Positions 17,574 to 26,989 of a stretch of 64,000 nt of DNA are shown here, piece by piece. The notes under the pieces are model-generated. The model saw nothing but the letters and a program-made list of their open reading frames with translations, made no database searches and was not told where the DNA came from. This DNA comes from a virus. The stretch lies in the IMG/VR virus record IMGVR_UViG_3300027969_002881, positions 1-64,000 of that record; one strand, given 5' to 3'. A program made the position numbers and the translations under genes. Each line of letters opens with the position of its first letter. Within the stretch, counting starts at the first letter, position 1.

Positions 17574-19118
17574 ATGTTAAGTAAAAAAACTAGAATTGAC
17601 TTACAGGCAAGGAACAAAGATTATGCTGTGTTCCTTCCAAGTATCAGCGGCTTTTATCAAACCTTTATCAGTAAGGAAAGGAACAATCCTGGAGTGGATG
17701 TTCTTCCTGGTCGTGTTCCTGCTGAGTTTGAAAATGGTATAGAAGGATTTAACTTCCTTAACAAAGAAGAAGCATACTTCTACTATCCAGATTCATTATA
17801 TTCAGCAGGGCACGCCCAACTAGATATTGCCAAGAGTGACGTCGAAGAATCAATGATTCAAAAGCGCGATAAGAAAAATAATTTTATTCTCGGCGATAGT
17901 GGTGGATTCCAAATTGGCAAAGGTGTTATTAACTTTGATTGGCAACGCTTCTGGGAGAAACAAGGCGATGCTGGTTATATTGGCACTGCTGACAAAACTC
18001 GTATGTCTATCCTTAACTGGTTAGAACATACCGCTGACTATAGTATGGTACTTGATATTCCGACATGGAGTGCCGCCCCTATTAATCAAGAACGCACTGG
18101 CTTAAAGACTTTTAAAGATTGTCTAGATGGAACTTTGTTTAACAATGATTTTTTCTTAAAACATCGTAAAGGTCAAACTAAGTTTCTGAATGTTTTACAA
18201 GGCGGCAACAATGTTGATGCTGAGATTTGGTATGAAGCTGTAAAGCATTATCCATTCGAAGGTTGGGCCATGGGCGGTAATAATATGAAGGACGTAGACT
18301 TGATGTTACGTCGTTTAATTAAACTACGCGATGATAAATTGCTTGAACCCGGTCATGATGTTATCCACTTCTTGGGTACTAGTAAACTCGAGCTTGCTTG
18401 TTTGTTAACTGCGGTTCAGCGTAACATTCGTGAACATATTAATCCTAATATGAAGGTAACGTTTGACTGTGCTAGTCCATTTTTAGCTACTGCTTATGGA
18501 CAAGCGTATACACAACACGTTCACCAGAATAAACGTTTTAGTTATATCATGGATAAAGCTATCGATGACAGACGTCTTGCTGGTAATACAACTCCGTGGC
18601 CATGGAGTAGTCCCATTGGCGATAGAATGACCATGGGTGATATTTGTTATTACAAGCCCGGTGACTTGAACAAGCTAGGCAAAGAAAGCCGCACCAGCTG
18701 GGATAGCTTTAGTTATTTTATGATGATGGGACATAATGTCTTTCAGCATATTGAAAGTGTACAACGAGCCAATGCGTTACTAGATACTGCTTGTGCCTTA
18801 CACAAACCAGATCCAAGTAAGTTTAGTAAAGCCAAAGGTGTCAGTGCAGAGTTAAGTAACTGGGTTCCTCGTTCAGTAATTTATGGTGTCGAACTTATTA
18901 ATCGTGTGTTTACCAGCGAAACTCCTTATACTGAATTGGATAATGCTCAAGCATTACTGGCAGAACTTAATGGCAAGAAAACTCTTAAGACCACTGCTGT
19001 TAGTCATGGTATGTTGTTCGAAGACCTTGAGAAAGGTAACGACAATGATGCAGAAGCGGCTGAAGCATGGGATGAAGACCAAGCTGATGAAATTCTTGCT
19101 GAGGCATTAAATGGCTAA
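17574..19118 (+). CDS. dpdA: tRNA-guanine transglycosylase-like protein (DpdA-type deazaguanine DNA transglycosylase)
   Basis: GDSGGFQ, MVLDIP, VLQGG, GWAMGG, IHFLG and TFDCAS TGT-fold motifs; FolE, QueE and a QueD-like gene are nearby. Confidence 0.75.
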   Translation: MLSKKTRIDLQARNKDYAVFLPSISGFYQTFISKERNNPGVDVLPGRVPAEFENGIEGFNFLNKEEAYFYYPDSLYSAGHAQLDIAKSDVEESMIQKRDKKNNFILGDSGGFQIGKGVINFDWQRFWEKQGDAGYIGTADKTRMSILNWLEHTADYSMVLDIPTWSAAPINQERTGLKTFKDCLDGTLFNNDFFLKHRKGQTKFLNVLQGGNNVDAEIWYEAVKHYPFEGWAMGGNNMKDVDLMLRRLIKLRDDKLLEPGHDVIHFLGTSKLELACLLTAVQRNIREHINPNMKVTFDCASPFLATAYGQAYTQHVHQNKRFSYIMDKAIDDRRLAGNTTPWPWSSPIGDRMTMGDICYYKPGDLNKLGKESRTSWDSFSYFMMMGHNVFQHIESVQRANALLDTACALHKPDPSKFSKAKGVSAELSNWVPRSVIYGVELINRVFTSETPYTELDNAQALLAELNGKKTLKTTAVSHGMLFEDLEKGNDNDAEAAEAWDEDQADEILAEALNG

Positions 19119-19998
19119 AGCACTTATAATTGGATTAGGGTTTGGACAGGCTGTTTATCTGCCTGTGCTAACTGAACTTGGTTATGAGGTAATTACTGTT
19201 GACATGGATACATCTAAAGGTGCTGATTTTTCAAACCTAGACGATGCTATCCGTGTTCACGGTAAGTTTGATACTGTGAACATTTGTACACCAAACTTCA
19301 CACATATTAAATTAGCAAGAAAAGTAGCCGCATTAAGTAAAATTGTTTTTGTAGAAAAGCCAGGCGTAGCTAACAGTGAAGCATGGCGATGGCTTTGTAT
19401 TGATTATCCTCAGACTCGTTTTATGATGGTAAAGAATAACCAATATAGAGATACGATTGAACAGTTCAAAACACTAGCCAATCAAAGTCATACAGTTAGA
19501 ATTGTTTGGAATAATAAAAATCGTATTCCAAACCCAGGCAGTTGGTTCACTACCAAAGATTTGGCATTCGGTGGAGTTAGTCGAGATTTAATGCCTCATA
19601 TGTTAAGTTACTATGTGGCCTTGACAGACTATACAAAAGGTAATAAACTATACAGCAACGCAATACAACGACATGAACTCAAAGATCTTATTGATACTGA
19701 TTATGGTAGCGTCAATCATGATGGCACTTACAATGTCGATGACTTCTGTGAATTCGAATTTAAAAACGGCGATACAACTTGGGTCTTAACTGCCAACTGG
19801 AAAGACAATAAAGCCGACGATGTTTATATTAGTTTTGACATGAAGAATAGTGCTGCCAAGTTTGTTCTAGGATTATGTCCAGAAGAAGCATACAAGTCTA
19901 TGATAGAAAACGCTGTTACAAACCTAAATAATGATATGTTCTGGAAAGAACAATTACGACAGGATCTTTGGATTCATCGGCAAATAGAAAACTTATGA
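19111..19998 (+). CDS. Gfo/Idh/MocA-family NAD(P)-dependent oxidoreductase
   Basis: IIGLGFG Rossmann motif, ICTPNFTH, VFVEKPG, GGVSRDLMPH. Confidence 0.85.
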   Translation: MAKALIIGLGFGQAVYLPVLTELGYEVITVDMDTSKGADFSNLDDAIRVHGKFDTVNICTPNFTHIKLARKVAALSKIVFVEKPGVANSEAWRWLCIDYPQTRFMMVKNNQYRDTIEQFKTLANQSHTVRIVWNNKNRIPNPGSWFTTKDLAFGGVSRDLMPHMLSYYVALTDYTKGNKLYSNAIQRHELKDLIDTDYGSVNHDGTYNVDDFCEFEFKNGDTTWVLTANWKDNKADDVYISFDMKNSAAKFVLGLCPEEAYKSMIENAVTNLNNDMFWKEQLRQDLWIHRQIENL

Positions 19999-20900
19999 CA
20001 CGTATATTACAAACAACTGGCCAAGGTAACTTTACAGAAACAACTTGGATTAATCCAAAGTGCGGAGACTATGAAATTACTGTCGAAAGTATCATGACTG
20101 GTGTGTGTCGCAGTGACATCGATATGATGAATGGAGACTTTGGCCCGTTACCTATTAATATGCAGGGCCATGAAGGTCTAGGTCGCGTAATCAAAGTTGG
20201 TAAAAATATTGGTATGACGCAAGTAGGAGATATTGTAGCTACACGTGGTGAACCTGCTTATGCAGATGTATACAATGTTAGGGCCAACGAATATGTAGTG
20301 GTTCCAGAAGCACATCCAAAATATATATTAGAACCCGTTGCATGTGGAATTAATATTGTACAGCAACCTATTAGAGAAATTGCAGAACGTGCGGGTGCGA
20401 GTAAACGTTTACTAATACTGGGCAGTGGCTTTCTTGCGTGGGTTGCTTTCAATGTTATTCTTATTCATCATTTGGATTTTGAAATCACAGTAGTTGGGAA
20501 TAGTAATAAAGAACTTTGGGGTGAAGTTCTTCATCAAGAATATCAAGGCACATTTGATGTGGTCATTGATCTAAGCAGTAAGATGGATATTTTTGAGAAA
20601 CCTATTCTAAATAATGAAGCATTAGTAGTGTTTGGAAGTCAAAAGAAAGTAAGTACAGACTTCTCCAATTTACTTTGGAAAGCCTGTACTATGATATTCC
20701 CAAGTCCGAGAACAGACGGCTTTTATCATTGTATGAAGGATGCGGCATATTGGATTGAGCAAGGTGATATTGTAGTTGACAGTTTCTGGACTCGAGCGTA
20801 TAATAGAGACACTGAATGGCAACAAGCATTTGCTGATGGCCTCAACCGCCCTGCGGGTTATAGCAGGGGTTATATATATTGGAATAATAATGGCAATTGA
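19995..20900 (+). CDS. Zn-dependent (MDR) alcohol/sugar dehydrogenase
   Basis: GVCRSD, GHEGLG, VGDIV, EPVACG, LILGSG. Confidence 0.85.
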   Translation: MTRILQTTGQGNFTETTWINPKCGDYEITVESIMTGVCRSDIDMMNGDFGPLPINMQGHEGLGRVIKVGKNIGMTQVGDIVATRGEPAYADVYNVRANEYVVVPEAHPKYILEPVACGINIVQQPIREIAERAGASKRLLILGSGFLAWVAFNVILIHHLDFEITVVGNSNKELWGEVLHQEYQGTFDVVIDLSSKMDIFEKPILNNEALVVFGSQKKVSTDFSNLLWKACTMIFPSPRTDGFYHCMKDAAYWIEQGDIVVDSFWTRAYNRDTEWQQAFADGLNRPAGYSRGYIYWNNNGN

Positions 20901-21399
20901 TACAATAGGCCGTAAGGCTACAACTTATTTTATTGGTACAGAAGTAGAACGTACTGCTATGTATGGTGAACGTACATTGTTTGTAGTGGGTGTTCAGCCT
21001 GTGGATAAAATTGTTAGTTTACTTAATGAACATAAACTACGTCACATTTATCTTGGCACAAGTCAAAGTTTTACTCCCAAAGACTACGACGACTGGAAGG
21101 CATGGGATAAAATGATCATCGAATTACTAGAAGCTGGTTATTGGGTTACGTTAGACTTTGGCGTAGAATACGCCGATACATTTAACGAAGAGGGATGGAG
21201 TGAGTTCAATACATTTATTCCGATGATCAGTGTCAAACTTCCCTACATTAAACTATACAATTACAATGCTACATTAAAGATCGATGATACTACGTGGGGA
21301 CACAGTAACCCAGGAGTATGGTGTCATAGTCTACACGACTTAATGGATAGAAAAGTTTACACAGACTGGAAAGATTATGTAGGGGACGAAAATGTCTAA
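20890..21399 (+). CDS. Hypothetical protein in the dpdA-glycosyltransferase operon
   Basis: Coupled to its neighbours; start likely ATG 20890. Confidence 0.7.
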   Translation: MAIDTIGRKATTYFIGTEVERTAMYGERTLFVVGVQPVDKIVSLLNEHKLRHIYLGTSQSFTPKDYDDWKAWDKMIIELLEAGYWVTLDFGVEYADTFNEEGWSEFNTFIPMISVKLPYIKLYNYNATLKIDDTTWGHSNPGVWCHSLHDLMDRKVYTDWKDYVGDENV

Positions 21400-22450
21400 A
21401 ATCTTTCTAGTTGATTTAGAAGCAGTTAGCACACGTTATACTGGACAATGGAAAGAACATGTTCCACAATTACTTAGAGAAAAAGGCCATGAAGTTCAAG
21501 TTATCTCTGGTCCCACAGATATCCCTAGCGCCGCTACTCCTGGTGCATTTCTCAATTTTGGGGGCACTAATATCTATAAGGCAAACCAAGTTGAACAGCT
21601 TGGAAGACTTTTTTGCGAGGGATCCATTAATTCCGGCGATCACTTTGTGTTTACTGATGCATGGCACCCAGGTATTGTTAACTTAAAATATATGAGTGAA
21701 CTGCTGGGCATTCCAGTCGTTACACATGGCTTATGGCATGCCGGTAGTTATGATCCGCAAGACTTCTTAGGTCGTCTTGTTGGCAACAAGCCTTGGGTAC
21801 GCAATGCAGAGAAGAGTTTCTTTCACGCATTTGATCACAACTACTTTGCCACAGACTTTCACATTAACATGTTCTCAGATAATTTGTTTCATGATGAGGT
21901 TGTGGAGATGGAAGATGACAAAGTTATCCGCACTGGTTGGCCCATGGAATATATGGATGATACACTTAGTCCATATAAAAAATTAAACAAGCGTGATCTT
22001 ATTTTATTCCCGCATCGTCTTGCACCTGAGAAACAAGTTGAAATCTTCCGTGATTTAAAAACTCACTTACCGCAATATGAGTTTATTGTTTGTCAAGATG
22101 AACAATTAACTAAGAAACAATATCACACATTACTGGGACAGGCAAAGATGGTGTTCAGTGCTAACCTACAAGAAACATTGGGTATTAGTTGTTATGAAGG
22201 CGCTGTAGTAAATGCTATCCCAATGGTACCAGATAGACTAAGCTACAGCGAAATGTATTTAGATGTATTTAAATATGAAAGTAAATGGACAGAGTCATGG
22301 GAGTCGTACAATGTTTATCGTCCTGATCTATGCCGTGCCATTATAACACACATGGATTACTATCACACTCGATTACGTCAGCTTAAAGAACAAACAGAAT
22401 ATCTGGCTATGAATTTCTTTAGTGCGAAAGATCTGTTAAATAATCTGTAA
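21392..22450 (+). CDS. GT-B fold glycosyltransferase, GTDC1/QTMAN-like
   Basis: ILFPHRLAPEKQ, QETLGISCYEG (E-x7-E), PDRLSYSEMY. Confidence 0.8.
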   Translation: MSKIFLVDLEAVSTRYTGQWKEHVPQLLREKGHEVQVISGPTDIPSAATPGAFLNFGGTNIYKANQVEQLGRLFCEGSINSGDHFVFTDAWHPGIVNLKYMSELLGIPVVTHGLWHAGSYDPQDFLGRLVGNKPWVRNAEKSFFHAFDHNYFATDFHINMFSDNLFHDEVVEMEDDKVIRTGWPMEYMDDTLSPYKKLNKRDLILFPHRLAPEKQVEIFRDLKTHLPQYEFIVCQDEQLTKKQYHTLLGQAKMVFSANLQETLGISCYEGAVVNAIPMVPDRLSYSEMYLDVFKYESKWTESWESYNVYRPDLCRAIITHMDYYHTRLRQLKEQTEYLAMNFFSAKDLLNNL

Positions 22451-22893
22451 TGATTGTTATATATTTCTTATTATGGACGTTTACGTTGTACTGGATACAT
22501 CGTATTGGTCATAAAACGCCATTTGTAAAAAATTGGCACAGAGATCATCATAGTTACATAGTTAATTATGGATCACCGGGTTGGCAATGGAATAATTTAT
22601 TTTTGTTTAATGATACTTGGACTAGTACATTAGATTTATATGTAACCGAAGTTATTCCTACCCTACTGTTCAGTTTAATTACTGGGCAATGGTGGATCAG
22701 TGTATTCTATTATATATGGGCAGCCTTCTTCCAAGAAAGATTTGAACACAATAGTAACATAGATATGCCATTAGTTACTACAGGTAAATGGCATTTAATA
22801 CACCACCAGCAACCAACTAAGAATTACGGATTGTTCTTTCCCATATGGGATATATTATTTGGAACCTATAAACGTGTGGACCAGCGAAAATAA
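22450..22893 (+). CDS. Fatty acid hydroxylase / sterol desaturase superfamily membrane di-iron enzyme
   Basis: His boxes HRIGH, HRDHH and HLIHH plus hydrophobic segments. Confidence 0.8.
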   Translation: MIVIYFLLWTFTLYWIHRIGHKTPFVKNWHRDHHSYIVNYGSPGWQWNNLFLFNDTWTSTLDLYVTEVIPTLLFSLITGQWWISVFYYIWAAFFQERFEHNSNIDMPLVTTGKWHLIHHQQPTKNYGLFFPIWDILFGTYKRVDQRK

Positions 22894-23788
22894 TTGGTAT
22901 AAGTGGAGTTATGGCGCCATGGCTGCGTTTGAAAAACAAACCAGTGACTTGCCATTTAACACTAGTTACGACTGTGGCTTCGTTGGTGCCATTGGTTCTT
23001 TTAAAGAAGAACTTATAAGGGCGGCATCGAGTACACTAGATCATTATCCTGGATTAAAGCCATGTATATTCTTCAGTGGTGGGTCTGACAGTGAATTACT
23101 ACTGAGAACATATTTAGATATAGGATCAAATCCTGAAGTATATATTGTTAGGTATGAAAATGATTACAATATATACGATGTAAGCTATGCTATTACAATC
23201 TGTAATATATTAGGTGTTAAATATCATCTCATTGATTTTCAATTGGAAAAGTTTTATGATAGTGATGCTGAGAAAATATCTGAGCTTGCACAAATTGACA
23301 GGCCTAGAGCATTACCTTATTGTAAGTTTATGGAACTAGTTGACGGATTACCAATTCTAGGGCAAGGTGATCCACATTGGGTTAGATTGAATGATAATTA
23401 TTTACAGAAAGGTGAATGGAGATACCGAGACATGGAGGTATTTATTGGTTGGGACAAATACGCAAGATATTTAAACAGGCCAGCTATACCAGAATTTTTT
23501 AAATGGACGCCTGGTTTAATATTATCACATACTAAACTAGATTGGTTTAATAAATTGACAAATGATGAATACTCGGGCAAATTAGGTACTAATTCTACTA
23601 AATTGCAAGGTTACAAAGAAATATATTCAGACATGATTCACAGACAAAAACAAACTGGTTTTGAGAAAACCGACGCGATGATTAATAGTTTTGAACAATT
23701 TTTGTCAAAGAAATATAACGGTTTGCCTTATAGGCAACACCAAGATAGAACATTAGAAGAACTCAGGAAAGAAATATTAAATGATTAA
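22859..23788 (+). CDS. PP-loop (N-type ATP pyrophosphatase) protein
   Basis: FFSGGSDS motif. Confidence 0.65.
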   Translation: MEPINVWTSENNWYKWSYGAMAAFEKQTSDLPFNTSYDCGFVGAIGSFKEELIRAASSTLDHYPGLKPCIFFSGGSDSELLLRTYLDIGSNPEVYIVRYENDYNIYDVSYAITICNILGVKYHLIDFQLEKFYDSDAEKISELAQIDRPRALPYCKFMELVDGLPILGQGDPHWVRLNDNYLQKGEWRYRDMEVFIGWDKYARYLNRPAIPEFFKWTPGLILSHTKLDWFNKLTNDEYSGKLGTNSTKLQGYKEIYSDMIHRQKQTGFEKTDAMINSFEQFLSKKYNGLPYRQHQDRTLEELRKEILND

Positions 23789-24125
23789 AATACAAAGTTA
23801 TACTACAAGTCCTAGTTGGTATCAAGTAGACACCAGTCATAATCTACCCACTGTTACTGGCGCGGTACAATGGAACGGTAACAGTAAATGTTTTGAAGTT
23901 AGTATTGGTAATAGTTGGCAACGTATTGATAATACTGTTCAAGTTTCTCATAATTATGATATGAATATGGTTGCTCAATGGGTAATGAAAAAGATGTCGG
24001 AGGAAGAAGAAACTAAGAAACTGCGTAGTAAATATCCAGCACTAGACGAAGCATACAATCACTTAGAACTGATCAAAGCATTAGTAACTGTAGGGCCGGA
24101 AACAAATGATATTCAACAAAATTAA
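23781..24125 (+). CDS. Hypothetical protein
   Basis: ORF coupled within the operon. Confidence 0.7.
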   Translation: MIKIQSYTTSPSWYQVDTSHNLPTVTGAVQWNGNSKCFEVSIGNSWQRIDNTVQVSHNYDMNMVAQWVMKKMSEEEETKKLRSKYPALDEAYNHLELIKALVTVGPETNDIQQN

Positions 24126-24567
24126 AAAGTTAAAAGAAGATGGATTAAAAGTTGGCATAACTTTCAGTACCTTTGACTTATTTCACGCAGGGCATGTAGC
24201 AATGTTATCTGAAGCAAAAAATCACTGTGACTACCTTATTGCCGCATTACAGACTGATCCTACAATAGACCGTCCTAATACAAAAAATCCTCCCATACAA
24301 AGTATTGTAGAACGACAGATACAACTCAGTACCAATCGTAATGTAGATGAAGTTGTTATCTATCAAACAGAAAAAGACTTAGAAGACCTCTTGCTTATTT
24401 TGCCTATTGATGTTAGAATACTTGGAGTAGAGTACGCAGACAAAGAATTTACAGGAAAACAAATCTGTACAAATCGAGGAATTGAAATTGTATTCAACGG
24501 CAGGGATCATAGTTTTAGTTCAAGTAGTTTGCGTAAACGTGTAGCGGAAGCAGAAAGTAAAAAATGA
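24106..24567 (+). CDS. Cytidylyltransferase (glycerol-3-phosphate cytidylyltransferase/TagD-like)
   Basis: TFDLFHAGH (HxGH), RDHSFSSSSLR. Confidence 0.85.
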   Translation: MIFNKIKKLKEDGLKVGITFSTFDLFHAGHVAMLSEAKNHCDYLIAALQTDPTIDRPNTKNPPIQSIVERQIQLSTNRNVDEVVIYQTEKDLEDLLLILPIDVRILGVEYADKEFTGKQICTNRGIEIVFNGRDHSFSSSSLRKRVAEAESKK

Positions 24568-25370
24568 CAACAAAAATAGTAATTATTGGTTTAGGATTTG
24601 TAGGTAACGCTATCCACAAATCTTTAGATGGTTGGATGAGTAATGATACAATCAGTTTGATTGATCCGGGCAAAGGACTTAATACTCCTTATAGAGATAT
24701 CGAAGACTATGATGCTGCCTTTGTTTGTGTACCAAGTCCACAGAGCGCAGATGGTACTGCTGATACTAGCATACTAGAAAATGTATTGGCTACACTTGCC
24801 AGCGTTGACTTTAAAGGTGTAATCATTAGTAAAGTTACTGCACCACCTGGCGTTTATCAACGTCTACAAGAAAGTTATCCAAACTTAGTACACGCTCCGG
24901 AATTTTTAACTGCGGCCAATGCGGAAATAGATTATCGTAGTGGTAAGTTTGCTATTATCGGCGGTGCTGTGTCGGCATACAGAAACGAAGCTGAACGTAT
25001 TATTAAAATGACACAAACTAGTTTAAGTAGTGTTTTACATTGTAGTATTCAAGAAGCGGCATTGGCCAAGTATAGTATTAATTCTTTTCTAGCCACCAAA
25101 GTTGTTTTTATGAATGAGCTGGCATTGTTAGCCAACGAGTTAGACTGTGATTGGGAAACTATTCGTAATGCAATTACATTAGATAAGAGGATTGGGCAGA
25201 GTCATATGCAGGTACCCGGACCTGACGGTGATTATGGATTTGGTGGCATGTGCTTTCCAAAAGATACAACCGCATTACTCAAATGTGCGGAACAAGTCGA
25301 CGCAAAGCTAAGTGTTTTGGACACAGCAGTTAAAACTAACCTTATTTTACGCTTGACAGATCCTAAATAA
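24564..25370 (+). CDS. ugd: UDP-glucose/GDP-mannose dehydrogenase family protein lacking the C-terminal domain
   Basis: IIGLGFVG, FVCVPSP, PEFL, AKYSINSFLATK, GFGGMCFPKD; only 268 aa. Confidence 0.8.
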   Translation: MTTKIVIIGLGFVGNAIHKSLDGWMSNDTISLIDPGKGLNTPYRDIEDYDAAFVCVPSPQSADGTADTSILENVLATLASVDFKGVIISKVTAPPGVYQRLQESYPNLVHAPEFLTAANAEIDYRSGKFAIIGGAVSAYRNEAERIIKMTQTSLSSVLHCSIQEAALAKYSINSFLATKVVFMNELALLANELDCDWETIRNAITLDKRIGQSHMQVPGPDGDYGFGGMCFPKDTTALLKCAEQVDAKLSVLDTAVKTNLILRLTDPK

Positions 25371-25381
25371 TAGTGTATACT
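25353..25381 (+). promoter_or_regulatory. sigma70-type promoter with a nested late-like CCTAAATA (25362-25369) upstream of folE
   Basis: TTGACA-17-TATACT. Confidence 0.7.
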
Positions 25382-25428
25382 TAATACAACTGGCAACTAC
25401 CTCTGCCTTAACATAGGAAAAAATTATA

Positions 25429-26277
25429 ATGACAGCAACATTTAAAAAAGACGAATCCGTTCATGGAACAGCCTTTACATTTAAAAAAGACAACATTGTT
25501 GATACTGCGGAAATCAAAAACATGACTGAACCAGTAAAATTAGAAACAGGCCTGGACGCAATGGCAGGCGATGGCGGATACCAAGAAGAAAAGTATCTAG
25601 GAAACTATCTACGTTTTAAGATGAAACGTGACGGCAAAAGGTTCTGGGCAGGTGATAATATTAGTGAATATGTCAACGACCATAACAAAGAGCAACTGAT
25701 CGACGAAGCTGAAGAAGCATTTGAACTAGTGCTGGATCGTTTGCTTATTGACAGAGAGAACGATCCTAATAGTAAAGGTACCGCAAGACGACTTGCTAAA
25801 ATGTACTTTAATGAAATAATGGCAGGAAGATATGAACCAGCACCAGACGCAACAGCATTTCCAAACGACTCGCAGGATCGTTATGAGGGCATGTTGGTTG
25901 TTCGCAGTGAGCTTCGCAGTATGTGTAGTCATCATCATCAACCCGTTAGTGGCGTTGCTTATATTGGCATTATTGCCGCGGAAAAGCTCATTGGACTCAG
26001 CAAATACACAAGAATCGCACAATGGTGTGCCCGGCGAGGTACTCTCCAAGAGGAACTTGCTAATGACATTGCTAGGGAAATCGAAAAGGCCACGGGAGCC
26101 AAAAGCTTAGGCGTATATATACAAGCAGTACACGGGTGCTGTGAGAATCGTGGTATTATGGCACATAGCAGTCTAACACAGACCACAGTATTGAAAGGAT
26201 CTTTTAAAGAAGATCCGGGTGCAAAGAAAGAATTCTTTGACAATATTAAACTACAACAGGAGTTTGCTTCGCGATGA
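25429..26277 (+). CDS. folE: GTP cyclohydrolase I
   Basis: TARRLAKMY, SMCSHH, GLSKYTR, LQEEL, HGCCENRG. Confidence 0.92.
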   Translation: MTATFKKDESVHGTAFTFKKDNIVDTAEIKNMTEPVKLETGLDAMAGDGGYQEEKYLGNYLRFKMKRDGKRFWAGDNISEYVNDHNKEQLIDEAEEAFELVLDRLLIDRENDPNSKGTARRLAKMYFNEIMAGRYEPAPDATAFPNDSQDRYEGMLVVRSELRSMCSHHHQPVSGVAYIGIIAAEKLIGLSKYTRIAQWCARRGTLQEELANDIAREIEKATGAKSLGVYIQAVHGCCENRGIMAHSSLTQTTVLKGSFKEDPGAKKEFFDNIKLQQEFASR

Positions 26278-26483
26278 AAGATCCAGTAATAGAATCTAAT
26301 GCCAATGAATTAAAGTCATTAGTTGATCGAATTAATATTATTATGAGCGACCTACAAGATATGAATGTAGAAGTTAGGATTGCTTATATTGCCAAAGACG
26401 AGCCAGGACATCGTATTGATACAGATTCTGATAGACAGCGTATTAAACTTTGGAAAGTAGAAGAGCGTAATGGCTACATCTAA
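26274..26483 (+). CDS. Hypothetical protein
   Basis: ORF coupled to folE. Confidence 0.6.
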   Translation: MKDPVIESNANELKSLVDRINIIMSDLQDMNVEVRIAYIAKDEPGHRIDTDSDRQRIKLWKVEERNGYI

Positions 26484-26814
26484 GCCAGGCTATGGTGCTA
26501 TCCCGCCCGGCGGTACCAACGGATCCTTTCTAACTGCTAATGGCTTGAATGGTACTAATTGGTCAGCTCATAACATCCCGCAACATACTAATGCTGTTCA
26601 AATCGGTAATCCTGATCCTGTTATTACATTTAAATTGGACGGTGATATTGTTACCAAAGCAGGAACTATTACAGCAGATGATTGGATCTCTGTTATTAAA
26701 ATCACGAAACAGTTGATCATGGACATGAGCAATGATGAGGAATTAGTATCTAAATATCCATATATACGAGACGCGGCGCATATTTGGATGATGAACAAAC
26801 TTAAAGGAGAATGA
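26470..26814 (+). CDS. Hypothetical protein
   Basis: ORF from the track. Confidence 0.6.
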   Translation: MATSKPGYGAIPPGGTNGSFLTANGLNGTNWSAHNIPQHTNAVQIGNPDPVITFKLDGDIVTKAGTITADDWISVIKITKQLIMDMSNDEELVSKYPYIRDAAHIWMMNKLKGE

Positions 26815-26815
26815 T

Positions 26816-26989
26816 ATGAACGAAAATATTAAACAACTAGCCATAGAGTGTTATAACCCTTATGGCAATTTTGACACCAAAAAGTTCGCCGAGTTGATTG
26901 TGCAGGCATGTGCTAAACGCTCAGAAGAACTAGGACAACCTGAACTAGGAACAGGATTAATGAAACATTTTGGAGTTGACCATGAGTAA
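26816..26989 (+). CDS. Small hypothetical protein (57 aa, not in ORF track)
   Basis: MNENIKQLAIECYNPYGNFDTKKFAELIVQAC...; SD AAGGAG upstream; fills the gap exactly. Confidence 0.65.
   Translation: MNENIKQLAIECYNPYGNFDTKKFAELIVQACAKRSEELGQPELGTGLMKHFGVDHE

Noticed and set aside
22859-23788. Calling the PP-loop proteins QueC
   Set aside because: They share only SGGxDS; the QueC Zn-binding Cys motifs are absent and the lengths and N-termini differ.
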